Shown here: piece by piece, positions 62,304-62,535 of the stretch
Position numbering within the stretch: position 1 is the stretch's first letter
Layout: each line of letters begins with the position of its first letter
NCBI GenBank assembly: GCA_025786725.1
Contig: JAHLTZ010000070.1
Coordinates: forward strand, 1-62,535
Length of the DNA: 62,535 nucleotides
Origin: Syncephalis fuscata S228
Taxonomy: Eukaryota; Fungi; Zoopagomycota
Direction of reading: 5' to 3'
Position numbers and translations under genes: made by a program
The notes under the pieces: model-generated
The model's database searches: none
Seen by the model: only the letters and a program-made list of their open reading frames with translations
Told to the model about the DNA's origin: nothing

Positions 62304-62535
62304 TTATAGCACACTGGGACGCTCCCAGCCACAGTATGGACAAAATCGCCAGCTAGAAGATCCAATGGCAGTACTGCAAGCACCACAGTGATCCATAGAG
62401 TTTTCGCCTGCTACTATATTTGGATCTCTATAAGCTTGTTCCGCTGCGGCCAACGTTGCTTTCTCGTCACGATCCGGTAGATATGCAGGCGGCTTTTCTT
62501 GCTTTCTAACAGATGAAAATATTTGACGCTGTCTC
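62304..62535 (-). CDS. 3' end of a gene with a C-terminal zinc ribbon (partial; 1-nt frameshift ~62375)
   Basis: Open frame RQRQIFSSVRKQEKPPAYLPD...MDHCG, then after a 1-nt shift CSTAIGSSSWRFCPYCGWERPSVL* (CxxC...CPxCG). Confidence 0.5.
   Translation of the reverse strand, partial: RQRQIFSSVRKQEKPPAYLPDRDEKATLAAAEQAYRDPNIVAGENSMDHCGACSTAIGSSSWRFCPYCGWERPSVL

Noticed and set aside
17700-62380. Programmed frameshifting or mass pseudogenisation (shifts at ~17735, ~36900, ~38600, ~39750, ~40860, ~59820, ~62375)
   Set aside because: These are isolated 1-nt indels, some in homopolymers, within otherwise intact genes. Sequencing error is more parsimonious, and read polishing would decide.
1-62535. 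tRNA, rRNA or intact transposase/reverse transcriptase genes
   Set aside because: None recognised by eye. tRNAscan/Infernal searches were not possible.

Overview
AT-rich, intron-rich eukaryotic DNA from a fungus. Short GT-AG introns, signal-peptide kinases and an orphan 7TM gene suggest an early-diverging, Zoopagomycota/Syncephalis-like mycoparasite; this assignment is inference only. Housekeeping genes (UTP5, FIGNL1-like AAA ATPase, PHO85, succinyl-CoA ligase alpha, KRI1, SIS1, SPO7-like, CC2D1/Lgd-like, zeta-COP, CorA-family transporter, TTL-family ligase) alternate with accessory segments. The main find is missed by the ORF track: a four-copy family of secreted-peptide genes. In each, a 94-nt signal/pro-peptide exon is followed by a tandem array of mostly 3-nt microexons (YAG-NNN-GTAAGT about every 80 bp) and a tiny stop exon. 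Joining all exons gives open peptides: MKLSIVAICTIVVAFMVNTATVNAKPALVRR-DVGGYGVPISDGLRPKRFIA* at 43351-44758 (+) and MKLFIAVVCTIIMALVATTAMVDANPTLARR-GARATCRPLCRRC* at 54755-53450 (-). Two degenerate copies lie inside a ~2.2 kb inverted duplication. Also present are a 2.23 kb tandem array of a foldback/MITE-like element with a 10-bp minisatellite core, a divergent pair of paralogous orphan genes, two secreted kinase-like genes and an ALR/MNR2 pseudogene fragment. Several single-base frameshifts look like sequencing errors. All splicing is predicted by eye; no transcript data were available.
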